Source of the DNA: Candidatus Woesearchaeota archaeon
GTDB taxonomy: Archaea; Nanobdellota; Nanobdellia; Woesearchaeales; JAZDKJ01
Assembly: GCA_043803105.1 (NCBI GenBank)
Contig: JAZDKJ010000006.1
Span: 192,001-256,000 of the forward strand
Reading direction: 5' to 3'
DNA length: 64,000 nt
In this document: one piece after another, positions 9,296-18,260 of the stretch
How the letters are laid out: each line of letters begins with the position of its first letter
Position numbering within the stretch: position 1 is the first letter of the stretch
Notes under the pieces: model-generated
Told to the model about the DNA's origin: nothing
Databases searched by the model: none
What the model saw: the letters and a program-made list of their open reading frames with translations, nothing else
Made by a program: the position numbers and the translations under genes

Positions 9296-10024
9296 TCAAA
9301 CCCTGAAATTTAAGTTTCTTGAAGGTTTTGCCATCTTCCATAATAGTTTAAAGTGTTTTCTGAATGATTCAGCCAACTCTGGGCTATCAATGAATATCAA
9401 ATATAATGGTTTCCATTGAATCATCACAATAGTGTTACCATAGATTAATGTCGGAGTCGGCTGAAAAAACGCTTTATCTACATATCTGTATTCACTAATT
9501 CTACTACCAAATACTTTTGCACCTTTATAGGTAATCAATTTTTCTTTTAGATTAACTGCTTCTGCATCCCTATAATATTGCTGGAGACCTGTTTCATCCA
9601 AATCCATATACTCTGCATCATCTATACCTAACCCAAGCACTTCATTTTTTTTGTGTACAGCATCTCTGTATAAATATCGTATTCCTTCAATTCCCTGCCT
9701 AACTTCAACAGTAAATGAATATCCTTTTGTATGTAATGATTGTAAACTTGGAATCATTTCGGCAAATCTATTTTTTCGTTCCTCTAATAGTTCCAAAATC
9801 TTTTCTGGAGATGTTGCAGAGAACGTCTTGGAGTTATGAGATATTACCTGACTAATATATCCCTTCTCTAACATTTTCAACATGATGTAATATGCAGTTG
9901 TCCTATCCATCCCCAATTCTGCACCAATTTTGCTGGCGGGAGATGGACCAAGGGATAAAAGTGTTTTATATATGGCGACTTCTTTTTTCTCAAAACCTAT
10001 TGATTCGAGCACATCCAATTTCAT
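9296..10024 (-). CDS. TrmB-family transcriptional regulator
   Basis: LESIGF.KKE..IY..LL.LG wHTH start and C-terminal SFRKHFKLLW. Confidence 0.88.
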   Translation of the reverse strand: MKLDVLESIGFEKKEVAIYKTLLSLGPSPASKIGAELGMDRTTAYYIMLKMLEKGYISQVISHNSKTFSATSPEKILELLEERKNRFAEMIPSLQSLHTKGYSFTVEVRQGIEGIRYLYRDAVHKKNEVLGLGIDDAEYMDLDETGLQQYYRDAEAVNLKEKLITYKGAKVFGSRISEYRYVDKAFFQPTPTLIYGNTIVMIQWKPLYLIFIDSPELAESFRKHFKLLWKMAKPSRNLNFRV

Positions 10025-10131
10025 ATGACAGTCAAAAACATTTAAGTTTATTAATGTTGTGAATTTTTCACAGCATAATAATATATACTCATTGTATACC
10101 TACTAAATAGTAGTTTTACGGAGGTAATGAA

Positions 10132-10449
10132 ATGCCAAGTTATTATGGACGAGGTGCGGTTTATAATTGGTATTTGTCTAAACAGATGGATATACCAAGT
10201 CCAGATTTACAGAGAGTAATAGAGAAATGGGATAATAAATCCTTGATTGGAAAAGTCCTATATGCAATAAATCTATTTTCAGGTAAAGAACTGGAAATTA
10301 TTGTGGCAAGAGACATATTAGATGCAAGAGATGATCCTCAAGGAGAAACAGCACAAAAAATTAACTGGAAAATAGAAGAGTACAGAAAAGAGAAGAAAGA
10401 AAAAAGGATGAGTGTATCGGAATATCTTAGGTCTTTTTTTGGAGGTTAA
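10132..10449 (+). CDS. Hypothetical protein
   Basis: GGAGGT ribosome-binding site upstream; divergent from the TrmB gene. Confidence 0.65.
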   Translation: MPSYYGRGAVYNWYLSKQMDIPSPDLQRVIEKWDNKSLIGKVLYAINLFSGKELEIIVARDILDARDDPQGETAQKINWKIEEYRKEKKEKRMSVSEYLRSFFGG

Positions 10450-10583
10450 AGCAATCACTTTTCTACGTCTTTGACATCAAAATCAAATGGCCCTGCCATT
10501 TTTTATGAGGAAGCCTTTCAAATCGCCTAACAATGTTTCCCTTCATCTTTTTGATTTATAAAAGAAAAAAAGACATCCAGAAA

Positions 10584-10625
10584 AATCTAGCCCTGAATCC
10601 CGTCAAAAAGGAAATAGCCCCGGGC
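10584..10625 (-). repeat. att-like repeat: tRNA-Gln 3' end plus ~30-bp arm
   Basis: aatctagccctgaatcccgtcaaaaaggaaatagccccgggc resembles 11443-11485 and 12616-12660. Confidence 0.85.
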
Positions 10626-10740
10626 ACGTAAGCCCTTTTAAAAACCCACTTTACGATTAAATGATCCATATTCCTCTCATTTCTAGGTTACTTTTGTCAA
10701 AGATGATATTTGCCCAAGATAAAATGGGCGACCTCACACA

Positions 10741-11343
10741 CTACAGAGTGAGCTCACTAGGGCTGTCTTTGAGTGGGATGGCGATGCGCATTTTAGTATC
10801 TCCACTGAATTTTATCCTTGAAAAGAAATCATAGATTAGGTTAAACCACTCGTCCACCTTAGCGGGCGCCCCTTCCAGGTCCACCACAAATTTTAGCCGC
10901 CGAACTTCAGCAGGCAACTCTTGTTGTTTGCCGAAGGTTTCCTGAAGAATCACGGCCAATGCTTTTTCATCAATAATAAAAAGTCGGTGTGCAACTCTAT
11001 TTCGCAAATGATTTAATTGCATGGTATAACCGTTTACTTTGGCAGCCTGCTTCTTGTGCAAGATGGTTGTCATATTAGTAGATGCAACGGCGTCAAAGGT
11101 GCTACGGTAAGGTTCCTGCTGTAGAATTTTTTCGAAGACAATCTCCCGCTTCTTGTTAAATCCTAAGTTATCAAGCAATAAGTCCTGAAAAATACTAGAA
11201 GAGTCCAAGTTTGCTTTGTCCCCGCATCTGCAACATCGAAAAATGTATTTACTAATGAAATCATCCATCAAGAACTCCACTTGTAGATGCCTTTCCAGCG
11301 TTAGCGCTCGAAATTCCCTTATCCTCTGTAAATTACTAACCAT
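10741..11343 (-). CDS. Hypothetical protein with HEPN-like RX4H motif
   Basis: Predominantly helical-looking; LNHLRNRVAH motif. Confidence 0.55.
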   Translation of the reverse strand: MVSNLQRIREFRALTLERHLQVEFLMDDFISKYIFRCCRCGDKANLDSSSIFQDLLLDNLGFNKKREIVFEKILQQEPYRSTFDAVASTNMTTILHKKQAAKVNGYTMQLNHLRNRVAHRLFIIDEKALAVILQETFGKQQELPAEVRRLKFVVDLEGAPAKVDEWFNLIYDFFSRIKFSGDTKMRIAIPLKDSPSELTL

Positions 11344-11442
11344 TTTAGTAGTACTTGGCTTAATATATATTCATTATATAAAAATATGTCCGCTTTTTGC
11401 AGTATTCAAGTACATAGTTAAAAGTCAGCAAGAAGGGCAAAA

Positions 11443-11485
11443 AATAGCCCTATAACCGCGTCAAAATGGTGGATAGCCCCGGGCG
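11443..11485 (-). repeat. att-like repeat: tRNA-Gln 3' end plus ~30-bp arm
   Basis: aatagccctataaccgcgtcaaaatggtggatagccccgggcg. Confidence 0.85.
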
Positions 11486-11577
11486 AGTCCAAAAGTACCT
11501 TTTTCCGTAACAATCCTTACCACGATTAAGGACTGTTGTGACCAAAAACAATAGATTTATATATAAATGTTGCTTTT

Positions 11578-12123
11578 ATGCAACATATGTTGCAAATACG
11601 AAACAATTTTGAGATTGTTGAAGTGCTGAGGAAAGAGCCTTGCCATATCAGGGATATTGCCGGCAAATTGAGAATGGTACCTTCTACTGTCATGCGCACC
11701 CTCAGATTCCTGCAGAAAGAAAAGGTGGTTGACCTTAAAAAAGAGGGAAAAAACAGTAAATACTTCCTAAAGGATACTTTGGAGGCTACAGTGTATCTAT
11801 ATTTATCAGAGCATTATAAACTACTTAAAACATTAGAAGATCCTATGCTAAGAAGGGTAATCAAAGAACTGAAGGCTACAACTTCTGGAGAACTAATCAT
11901 TTTGTTTGGGAGCCATGCCAAGAAAAATGCCGCGAGCACTAGCGACATTGACATATATGTCGAAACTGGGGACAAATCCCTGAAACAGAGGCTTGAAAAA
12001 ATTTCCGGAAAGCTTAGCATAAAAATTGGCAACTTTAATAAGGAAGTTCCTCTCGCAAAGGAAATAATTAGAAACCACATAATTGTTCAGAATGTTGAGA
12101 GATTCTATCAATTGCTCAAATGA
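11578..12123 (+). CDS. wHTH-fused minimal nucleotidyltransferase (MNT antitoxin)
   Basis: N-terminal HTH; ILFGSHAK....SDIDIYV motif. Confidence 0.9.
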   Translation: MQHMLQIRNNFEIVEVLRKEPCHIRDIAGKLRMVPSTVMRTLRFLQKEKVVDLKKEGKNSKYFLKDTLEATVYLYLSEHYKLLKTLEDPMLRRVIKELKATTSGELIILFGSHAKKNAASTSDIDIYVETGDKSLKQRLEKISGKLSIKIGNFNKEVPLAKEIIRNHIIVQNVERFYQLLK

Positions 12124-12647
12124 GACAGATAAAATTCGTGGCAAAACTGATAAGTGAAGAAAAAATAAAGCTTGTTGAGCCCAGTAAGGAAGTATCTGAT
12201 TCATACTCAGATAAATCCAGGAATTCCCTTCGGGCTGCAAATATCCTACTTGAGCAGAATCTGCTGGAAGAAGCTATGTCTATGGCATATTATGCCATGT
12301 ACCACAAAGCAACCTCACTATTTTATCTAATCGGAATAAAATGCGAGAATCATGCTGCCACAATAATACTCTTGAAGGAGCTCTTTGGCGTTGACAACTC
12401 AGATATCTCATTTGCTAAGAATGAGCGTTTCGATAAGCAGTATTACACTGATTTTGTTATCGGAAACAATGATGTAGATGATCTTGTCACCAAGGCTGAA
12501 TCCTTCATAGCCACAATGGATTCATTCATTGATAAGATCACTGTGGAGGAAAAGAAGAAGTATCTGGCTGAGTTTAGAAGGGTATACTTTAAGAGAGATA
12601 GCGGTTCAGCAGAAGAATCTAGTCCTAGTTTACGTCAAAAAGGGTAA
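12120..12647 (+). CDS. HEPN domain protein (partner of MNT)
   Basis: AYYAMYH...GIKCENH and R...QYY pattern; ATGA overlap with the MNT gene. Confidence 0.88.
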   Translation: MRQIKFVAKLISEEKIKLVEPSKEVSDSYSDKSRNSLRAANILLEQNLLEEAMSMAYYAMYHKATSLFYLIGIKCENHAATIILLKELFGVDNSDISFAKNERFDKQYYTDFVIGNNDVDDLVTKAESFIATMDSFIDKITVEEKKKYLAEFRRVYFKRDSGSAEESSPSLRQKG

Positions 12648-12867
12648 TAGCCCCGGGCGGACTTTCGTGGCGAAAAGTCATTTGCTCCTTAATTATACAG
12701 GCCAACCTTGTGTTGGCCGAAGGTGATTCAAGCTTTGCTTGAATTGCCACAGACTTTGTCTGTGAGCATGGCTGACTTCTCAGCTCTTTCGAACCGCCGT
12801 CAAGGCCTCCAAAGGGCCCTATGATTGACCGTTGTGCTTGGATTTTGCCAACCTACACTACGGGGCT
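12648..12867 (-). tRNA. tRNA-Gln(TTG) with a D-loop intron (~12832-12852) and a T-loop intron (~12662-12788)
   Basis: Spliced sequence AGCCCCGTAGTGTAG|CGGTCAATCATAGGGCC-CTTTGGA-GGCCTTGACGGCGGTTCGAA|TCCGCCCGGGGCTA folds as a cloverleaf; TATA-like sequence upstream. Confidence 0.9.
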
Positions 12868-12925
12868 GTGGATTAGAACGGTTCACTGACGATATTTAAA
12901 TTTAATGCTTCTTTGGAAGTATAGA

Positions 12926-13903
12926 TCACTTCTTTGGCGTAAAGAATTCAAACTTCAGATCCACAAAAGGTCCGTTGTCCGGAACCTCTATTCCTCGACG
13001 CTCAAGCAAAGGTGTATACGCTTCTTTGGAATTTGCATAACCAAAGTTTCCGGTAGGGTCAAGAATCACATGCTCGTTATCAATTTCCTGTTCCAGCAGT
13101 GCATGATTGTGGGGCCTACCCTTGCCTCTAGGAAACAGCTTCTCTGCTATCGACTCTTGAAAGCAAACAGGTGTAGGGTTCGCTCCAATCGAATAGAGGA
13201 TTGCAAATTCCAAGGCAACGTACTGTGCACAAACAGGTCCATGATGCATGAAAAGTTCTCCTAGCGGGTAATGCAACGGCTTAAAGTCCAATAAGCCACC
13301 TTCGGGAAATTCATATATGCTTCCATCACCTGGCTTAACCCTGGTTCCTACCCATCTGGTGAATTGGTCTAAGGTTTTTGATTCATGAAACTTCTGTTCT
13401 CCTTCTAGAATCAGGCTGTCAAGGATTGGGTCTTCGGGAAAGAAAGTTGCCACAGGTGCTATTAATCCGTAAGGGCTCGACATTACTGTAGCCGAAGGAA
13501 ATTTGGTCTCAATCCTTACTGTCACAAACTGCTTGCCTTCAAAACCCTCTACTCTGATTGGATAAGGTGGCCTCTCTTCGCGAGCTTCTAGCACAAATTG
13601 AGTCTGTTGTCGCGCAATAGTATAAAGAGGAGGTATCACAACAGTAGGGTTGTTAGTCCACTTAGACGACTCCAGCAATTTAAGATGTTCCAGGACAAGT
13701 TTTTTTCCATCCACTGTTCTTGCGTACGCAAGCTCGTAGTTGCCAAGGTCTACAAATCTGCCTTTCAGATCTTCTAGCTTGTCACCAGTTACCATGTACC
13801 TGCAAATAAGCTGGAGAAACAACAGGCTGGAACGTGAGAGCTTACTTAGGTCATTTCCAAGCATGGCCAATAAAATCTGCTTTGCTTTAAAAGCCTTAGC
13901 CAA
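12926..13903 (-). CDS. Hypothetical protein, possible transglutaminase-like/cysteine-protease fold
   Basis: GPVCAQY, HNHA and ILDPT give a possible Cys-His-Asp triad; start uncertain. Confidence 0.5.
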   Translation of the reverse strand: MAKAFKAKQILLAMLGNDLSKLSRSSLLFLQLICRYMVTGDKLEDLKGRFVDLGNYELAYARTVDGKKLVLEHLKLLESSKWTNNPTVVIPPLYTIARQQTQFVLEAREERPPYPIRVEGFEGKQFVTVRIETKFPSATVMSSPYGLIAPVATFFPEDPILDSLILEGEQKFHESKTLDQFTRWVGTRVKPGDGSIYEFPEGGLLDFKPLHYPLGELFMHHGPVCAQYVALEFAILYSIGANPTPVCFQESIAEKLFPRGKGRPHNHALLEQEIDNEHVILDPTGNFGYANSKEAYTPLLERRGIEVPDNGPFVDLKFEFFTPKK

Positions 13904-13921
13904 AAATTTATTAGTGGAAAT

Positions 13922-14461
13922 CTAGTGTTTGTTTATAAAGTCCATATACTGAGCCAACGCATTCACAAACGTCTGCGTGTACTTTTCAGGAGAATTCTTC
14001 ATGTCTTCCAACAGAATCATTGGCCACTGCCAGAATACTCTGCCTATTTCTTTAGGATTTGGGGAGAATGGTCCGGGGTACTGCACCGCATAGAGCTTTG
14101 TATTCTCCTTGTTTGTCTCCCTCGTGTCATTTTTGTAGGATGCAATCTCCACAAGACTTAGTCCTGATGGAAGGTTTCGTTTGCTGTAGAATAGTTCATC
14201 CCTGAGTTGCATAGTTGCCCCCTCAAGATGGTTCTGGCCAGCCATTGGATGGCCTGCTGCTGAAGGATGCAGTTTGCCTTTGCTTGTTTTTTGTTTCTGA
14301 CTTCTTTCCGCAACCAATATTCTGCTTGTCAGGTTCCCCAATTCGTAGTCTGTCGCAAATATCTGTGCGCTCCTGTGCCTTAATCCTTTTGCATGTATCT
14401 CTTCGAAATCAGCCTGTCCGATTACATTATCGTCTTCATCAACAATATCAAGTAAGCCCAT
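13922..14461 (-). CDS. NUDIX hydrolase (IPP-isomerase type 1-like)
   Basis: LDIVDEDDNVIG, GLRHRS and SAAGH..AG motifs. Confidence 0.82.
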   Translation of the reverse strand: MGLLDIVDEDDNVIGQADFEEIHAKGLRHRSAQIFATDYELGNLTSRILVAERSQKQKTSKGKLHPSAAGHPMAGQNHLEGATMQLRDELFYSKRNLPSGLSLVEIASYKNDTRETNKENTKLYAVQYPGPFSPNPKEIGRVFWQWPMILLEDMKNSPEKYTQTFVNALAQYMDFINKH

Positions 14462-14587
14462 GTGTTTGAGGTTATCCGTGACAATAAAAAGCTTTTCCAC
14501 AGTTTCAAGTACAAAACTGACCTCAATTGTTCTTTCCCGCGGCAAAAATCGCAAAGATATTTAAGAAGGGAATTGCTAATAGAGGGC

Positions 14588-15016
14588 ATGGCATGCAAAT
14601 GGTGCACATTTGATGATCAGCACTTGATTATTAAGGAATACAAGTATTGGAGGCTATCTATTGCAGAAAGCCAGATACTTTTGGGTTGGACTCACGCATC
14701 ATTGAGAAGGCATGTTTGCTTCTTCGACGAACTGGAAGATAAGGAGCTCGCAGAGCTGAAAGCTGTCGTGAAGGAGATTCGTCATGCCCTTGCAAAAACC
14801 TTTAAGCCTGATTGGTTCAATGTCATGCAGCTCGGCAACATGACTCCCCATCTTCATTTTCAGTTGGTTCCAAGGTACCGGACCAAAAGGACTTTTGCCG
14901 GTAGAGAATTCGTTGACAGCACTTTCGGAAGGCCAATAGCTGACAAATGGGTAGTTGAAGATGACAAGTTCCTGGTGATGATTAGGGACCACTTAAAGGA
15001 TGCAATGCAAAGCTAG
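14588..15016 (+). CDS. HIT family protein
   Basis: N-terminal CKWC and PHLHFQLVPRY HIT motif. Confidence 0.9.
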   Translation: MACKWCTFDDQHLIIKEYKYWRLSIAESQILLGWTHASLRRHVCFFDELEDKELAELKAVVKEIRHALAKTFKPDWFNVMQLGNMTPHLHFQLVPRYRTKRTFAGREFVDSTFGRPIADKWVVEDDKFLVMIRDHLKDAMQS

Positions 15017-15053
15017 CTTCCAGCGTGGTTGGTCCACTTTCAGTTGATGCTCT

Positions 15054-15797
15054 CTAGTTCAACTGAGCCTTCCAGATCTTCAGCGCTTCCTCTTCCACAA
15101 AGTGCAGTTTGCCAGGCACAATCAGGCATTGTGGCCTTTTTGTGAAATGCTCTTTGAAAGCCCCTGCCGCAGAAAAAGTCTTAATCTCTTGTCCTTCCTG
15201 TCCAAGCCCAGCAATCCCTACGCAGGTTTGCTTCGGGTCAAGCCCATTCTTCAATAGGTAGTCAATTCCTTCTATTATGCTCATGAACTTGTTTTTGCTC
15301 GGATCAAGATCCAGTAGAAACAGCGTGTGCAATCCCATCTTCTGGTTGTTAAGGAACACCTCATAAGGGCTTGCGATTTTCATATTGTCAAACGGTATTG
15401 ATGTCACCTTGCCATACTTGTAAAGCTCCAGCCCAATCTCTCCAACAGCGTTTATGATTGACGCATTGTGTATCACTTTTACATTAATGCCTTCCTTTTG
15501 TGCCCTCAGCCTCAGGTCAATGTGTGTTGTTGCCCCAAACGGGTCTCCAACCACAAGGAATGCCACATTGCCTTCTTTTGCTTTCTTTAGTATCTCTTCT
15601 GCGCGTTGCTCGACCAATATCCTGTTTGCTTCCATCACAGGTTTTCCATAGAAGGCTGCCAATTCCTTTAGGTTGCGCTGCATTGCTGACGTGTAGCTTT
15701 CAAGATAAACATAATCGCATTTCTTGACAATCTCAAGTCCTCTTATGCTTATGTCTTTCTCATCCCCTAGGCCAAGGCCGACAAAATACAGCACCAT
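15054..15797 (-). CDS. dph5: Diphthine synthase
   Basis: LYFVGLGL, YLESYTS, GDPFGATTH.DL, GLHTLFLLD and LHFVEEEAL. Confidence 0.96.
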   Translation of the reverse strand: MVLYFVGLGLGDEKDISIRGLEIVKKCDYVYLESYTSAMQRNLKELAAFYGKPVMEANRILVEQRAEEILKKAKEGNVAFLVVGDPFGATTHIDLRLRAQKEGINVKVIHNASIINAVGEIGLELYKYGKVTSIPFDNMKIASPYEVFLNNQKMGLHTLFLLDLDPSKNKFMSIIEGIDYLLKNGLDPKQTCVGIAGLGQEGQEIKTFSAAGAFKEHFTKRPQCLIVPGKLHFVEEEALKIWKAQLN

Positions 15798-15900
15798 CAG
15801 ATTTTCCTAAGGCTATTACTATAAAAAAGTTGTTATGCAGAAAACTTTATATATTTCTCCTGTTAACCCACCCCGAAAGTGATGCTAGGAGGTGTTTGCT

Positions 15901-15996
15901 ATGGATGACTGGGAATCTGAGTTCTCTCCTGAAGAAGATAGTGACGAAGAGGATGACACTAAGCGCCTCGATGATGATACTGATTACGGCGAGTAG
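15901..15996 (+). CDS. Highly acidic 31-aa microprotein
   Basis: AGGAGGTG ribosome-binding site and TTTATATA box upstream; MDDWESEFSPEEDSDEEDDTKRLDDDTDYGE; T-tract after the stop. Confidence 0.6.
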   Translation: MDDWESEFSPEEDSDEEDDTKRLDDDTDYGE

Positions 15997-16082
15997 CTTT
16001 TTTCTTTCTCTTTGATTTCTAAGATTCAAAATTGCCAAAGCTTTATAAGAACTTTAGCCATTTTTCTGTAGGGTGAATCTGA

Positions 16083-16460
16083 ATGCCAAATGTTATTCAC
16101 GGTGCGGAAGAGTTATGTGATGTGACTGAATTAGAGACAGATGACCAATTCCAGAAGGAAATCAAAGGCGTTGATGCGGTTGTTTTTTTCATGGCAACTT
16201 GGTGTCGGCCTTGCCGGACCGCCGTAGCTACTTACGGGCCTGATCCTGCAATAAAGGATTTCCGCAAAGAACAAAAGATTAAGACTGTCTATGTGGATGT
16301 TGACACGCTTTGGGGAACTACAGGCAAATACTATATTCGAGGTGTCCCGACAATGATGGCATTCAGTAAGCAAGGGCCACAACCTTTGGGCATGCAAGTG
16401 GGTAGCACTACTCCAGACGCAGTTCTGAAGCAGCTGAACGAGTGGTACAAAAAAGGTTGA
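16083..16460 (+). CDS. Thioredoxin
   Basis: ATWCRPC active site, VDVD and GVPT. Confidence 0.9.
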   Translation: MPNVIHGAEELCDVTELETDDQFQKEIKGVDAVVFFMATWCRPCRTAVATYGPDPAIKDFRKEQKIKTVYVDVDTLWGTTGKYYIRGVPTMMAFSKQGPQPLGMQVGSTTPDAVLKQLNEWYKKG

Positions 16461-16657
16461 TTATCAAAAAGAAAAAAAATCCCCCGAATGGGAAAAATGC
16501 TTTTTCTATATCTATGCAAATAAAGGATTGATATTTTATTTAGACGTTACGCCAAACAGGATTATTTTGCTACTTAACGGTAGTTATAAAAACAAAAGAT
16601 TTAAATACTAATTGATGAAAATATTCATGAAAATAGGTCATTACTAAGACCTCAAAG

Positions 16658-17479
16658 GTGAATTTAATGAAACTTGTTAAACCGGTTCAAGATTTTGATT
16701 TTCAATCTGTAGATGGTAATTTGCAATATGCAATGCCTCAAGGAAGTCTTGAGCAACAGCAGAAGGTTTTTGTTGCAGGAGGGTTTTCTTGGCTTCCTGC
16801 AGTCGCAGTTAGGGAGATAATTGCTGATAATCCTGAGTTTTGGAGAAATTGGTATAGGAATGGAACTGGTGCTGATTATGCTCATCATGAAGGTGGAGCA
16901 ATTAAATTGTATTTGTCTCCTTCAAACAGAATTCTTACGGCAAAGGGAGATGCTTTTGACAAAGCTCTTGGAAGCATCAGGAAAACAGGCAATATTCCTT
17001 TGGATAGGCCACGCATTGATGCTTTGGTTTTGGATGCCCAGAAGAATGATGCTGGTATTTATGTTATTGATGTTGATGTTCTGCAAAAAAATAATAAATG
17101 GGTTTCTGACAATCGTGAATGGGGTCATTTGGTAATATCAACCAAAGATTATGCCAAGCAGATGCAGGACAGCCCTGATTTGGCTGCACTCGTTACTCCG
17201 CTTTACGGAACAGGTGTTAAACTTGACAGAACAATGAGTCAAATAAGGCAAAGATCAAGAGAGACCTTGGCTTTTGTTCTGTTACCTACGTATGTTAGAC
17301 TTAATGCTCCTGAGGGAACAGGACTCGCGCGTTTGTCTGCTCTCTACTACTTCAACTACTTTTCGGATGCTATTGCTTGCGGTAGAAGCATTGACGATAG
17401 TGTCGCCTTTGCTTTTGGGGTGCGTCAGAGGACCGCCGAAGGCGGTTGCACCGAAAATCGATTAAATTTGAAAAGGTGA
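16658..17479 (+). CDS. DGR target protein 1 (C-terminal variable region)
   Basis: 3' end carries a variable repeat differing from 18088-18185 almost only at adenines; paralog of the next gene. Confidence 0.88.
   Translation: MNLMKLVKPVQDFDFQSVDGNLQYAMPQGSLEQQQKVFVAGGFSWLPAVAVREIIADNPEFWRNWYRNGTGADYAHHEGGAIKLYLSPSNRILTAKGDAFDKALGSIRKTGNIPLDRPRIDALVLDAQKNDAGIYVIDVDVLQKNNKWVSDNREWGHLVISTKDYAKQMQDSPDLAALVTPLYGTGVKLDRTMSQIRQRSRETLAFVLLPTYVRLNAPEGTGLARLSALYYFNYFSDAIACGRSIDDSVAFAFGVRQRTAEGGCTENRLNLKR
17325..17422 (+). repeat. DGR variable repeat (VR)
   Basis: 98-nt ungapped alignment to 18088-18185 with 20 mismatches, 19 at template adenines. Confidence 0.93.
17432..17446 (+). promoter_or_regulatory. 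DGR cis-acting hairpin 3' of VR
   Basis: ACCGCC-GAA-GGCGGT perfect 6-bp stem with a 3-nt GRA loop, 9 nt after the VR. Confidence 0.8.
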
Positions 17480-17486
17480 ATCTTTC

Positions 17487-18260
17487 ATGGCAAATCAAAA
17501 AATTACTTTGGATAATGTGGTTCAAAAACAGGGAACTTTTGAACAGCAGTATGCTGCTTTGAAGGGCGCTACTTGGCTTATTAGTTCTGAGATTCAGGGT
17601 TTAAGGCAGAATAATCCTGAATTGAGAAATGGAAGGTTTCGGACTGGCGATGGTGCAGTCTACCAAAAAAATAATTTTGGCAACTTTATGTTGTATGTTA
17701 CAAGTGCTGGCCTTAATCCTATTTTGAAGGCTGAGAATTTCAGTGGTGCTGTTTCTCAGATTAGAGCGACTGGCAATTATAAAGTTAATCCTGCCGATTT
17801 AGGAGCAATTGTTGCTGCGTCTAAGAAAAAGGCTGAAGGAGCAACTGTAATCGATACTTCAAAGCTTACAGCCAAGAAATATGATTCTGAATGGAGCTAC
17901 ATTGAGTTTAGCACATCTGATTATGCAGATCAACTCAATGGTGAGGACAAGAAGCTTGCGCAGGCCTATCATGGCAAAGGAAAGCAGTTTGGCAAGACCA
18001 TGAAGATGCTTGCCGATAGCGAAGTTAAGACTACAAGAGCGTATTTCTTGGGTCAAGGGTATTTGGCTAAGAACGCGGATAAGCCTATCGCGCGTTTGTC
18101 TGCTCTCAACAACTTCAACAACAATTCAAATGCTAATGCAAGCAATAGAAACATTGACAATAATAATGCCTTTGCTTTTGGAATGATCCCAAGATGGCAC
18201 AGAGAACTGAAGACACAGGCAAGATGCCAAGAGATCTATGGCAGGAACTTTGCAGCATAA
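17487..18260 (+). CDS. DGR target paralog 2 whose 3' end is the template repeat
   Basis: Shares QG..EQQ, NPE, IR.TGN, EW and ST.DYA with gene 1; ends ARLSALNNFNNNSNANASNRNIDNNNAFAFG. Confidence 0.8.
   Translation: MANQKITLDNVVQKQGTFEQQYAALKGATWLISSEIQGLRQNNPELRNGRFRTGDGAVYQKNNFGNFMLYVTSAGLNPILKAENFSGAVSQIRATGNYKVNPADLGAIVAASKKKAEGATVIDTSKLTAKKYDSEWSYIEFSTSDYADQLNGEDKKLAQAYHGKGKQFGKTMKMLADSEVKTTRAYFLGQGYLAKNADKPIARLSALNNFNNNSNANASNRNIDNNNAFAFGMIPRWHRELKTQARCQEIYGRNFAA
18088..18185 (+). repeat. DGR template repeat (TR)
   Basis: AAC/AAT-codon-rich copy of the VR with 33 adenines. Confidence 0.92.

Noticed and set aside
12529-12726. 65-aa ORF in the track
   Set aside because: Overlaps the HEPN gene and tRNA-Gln; spurious
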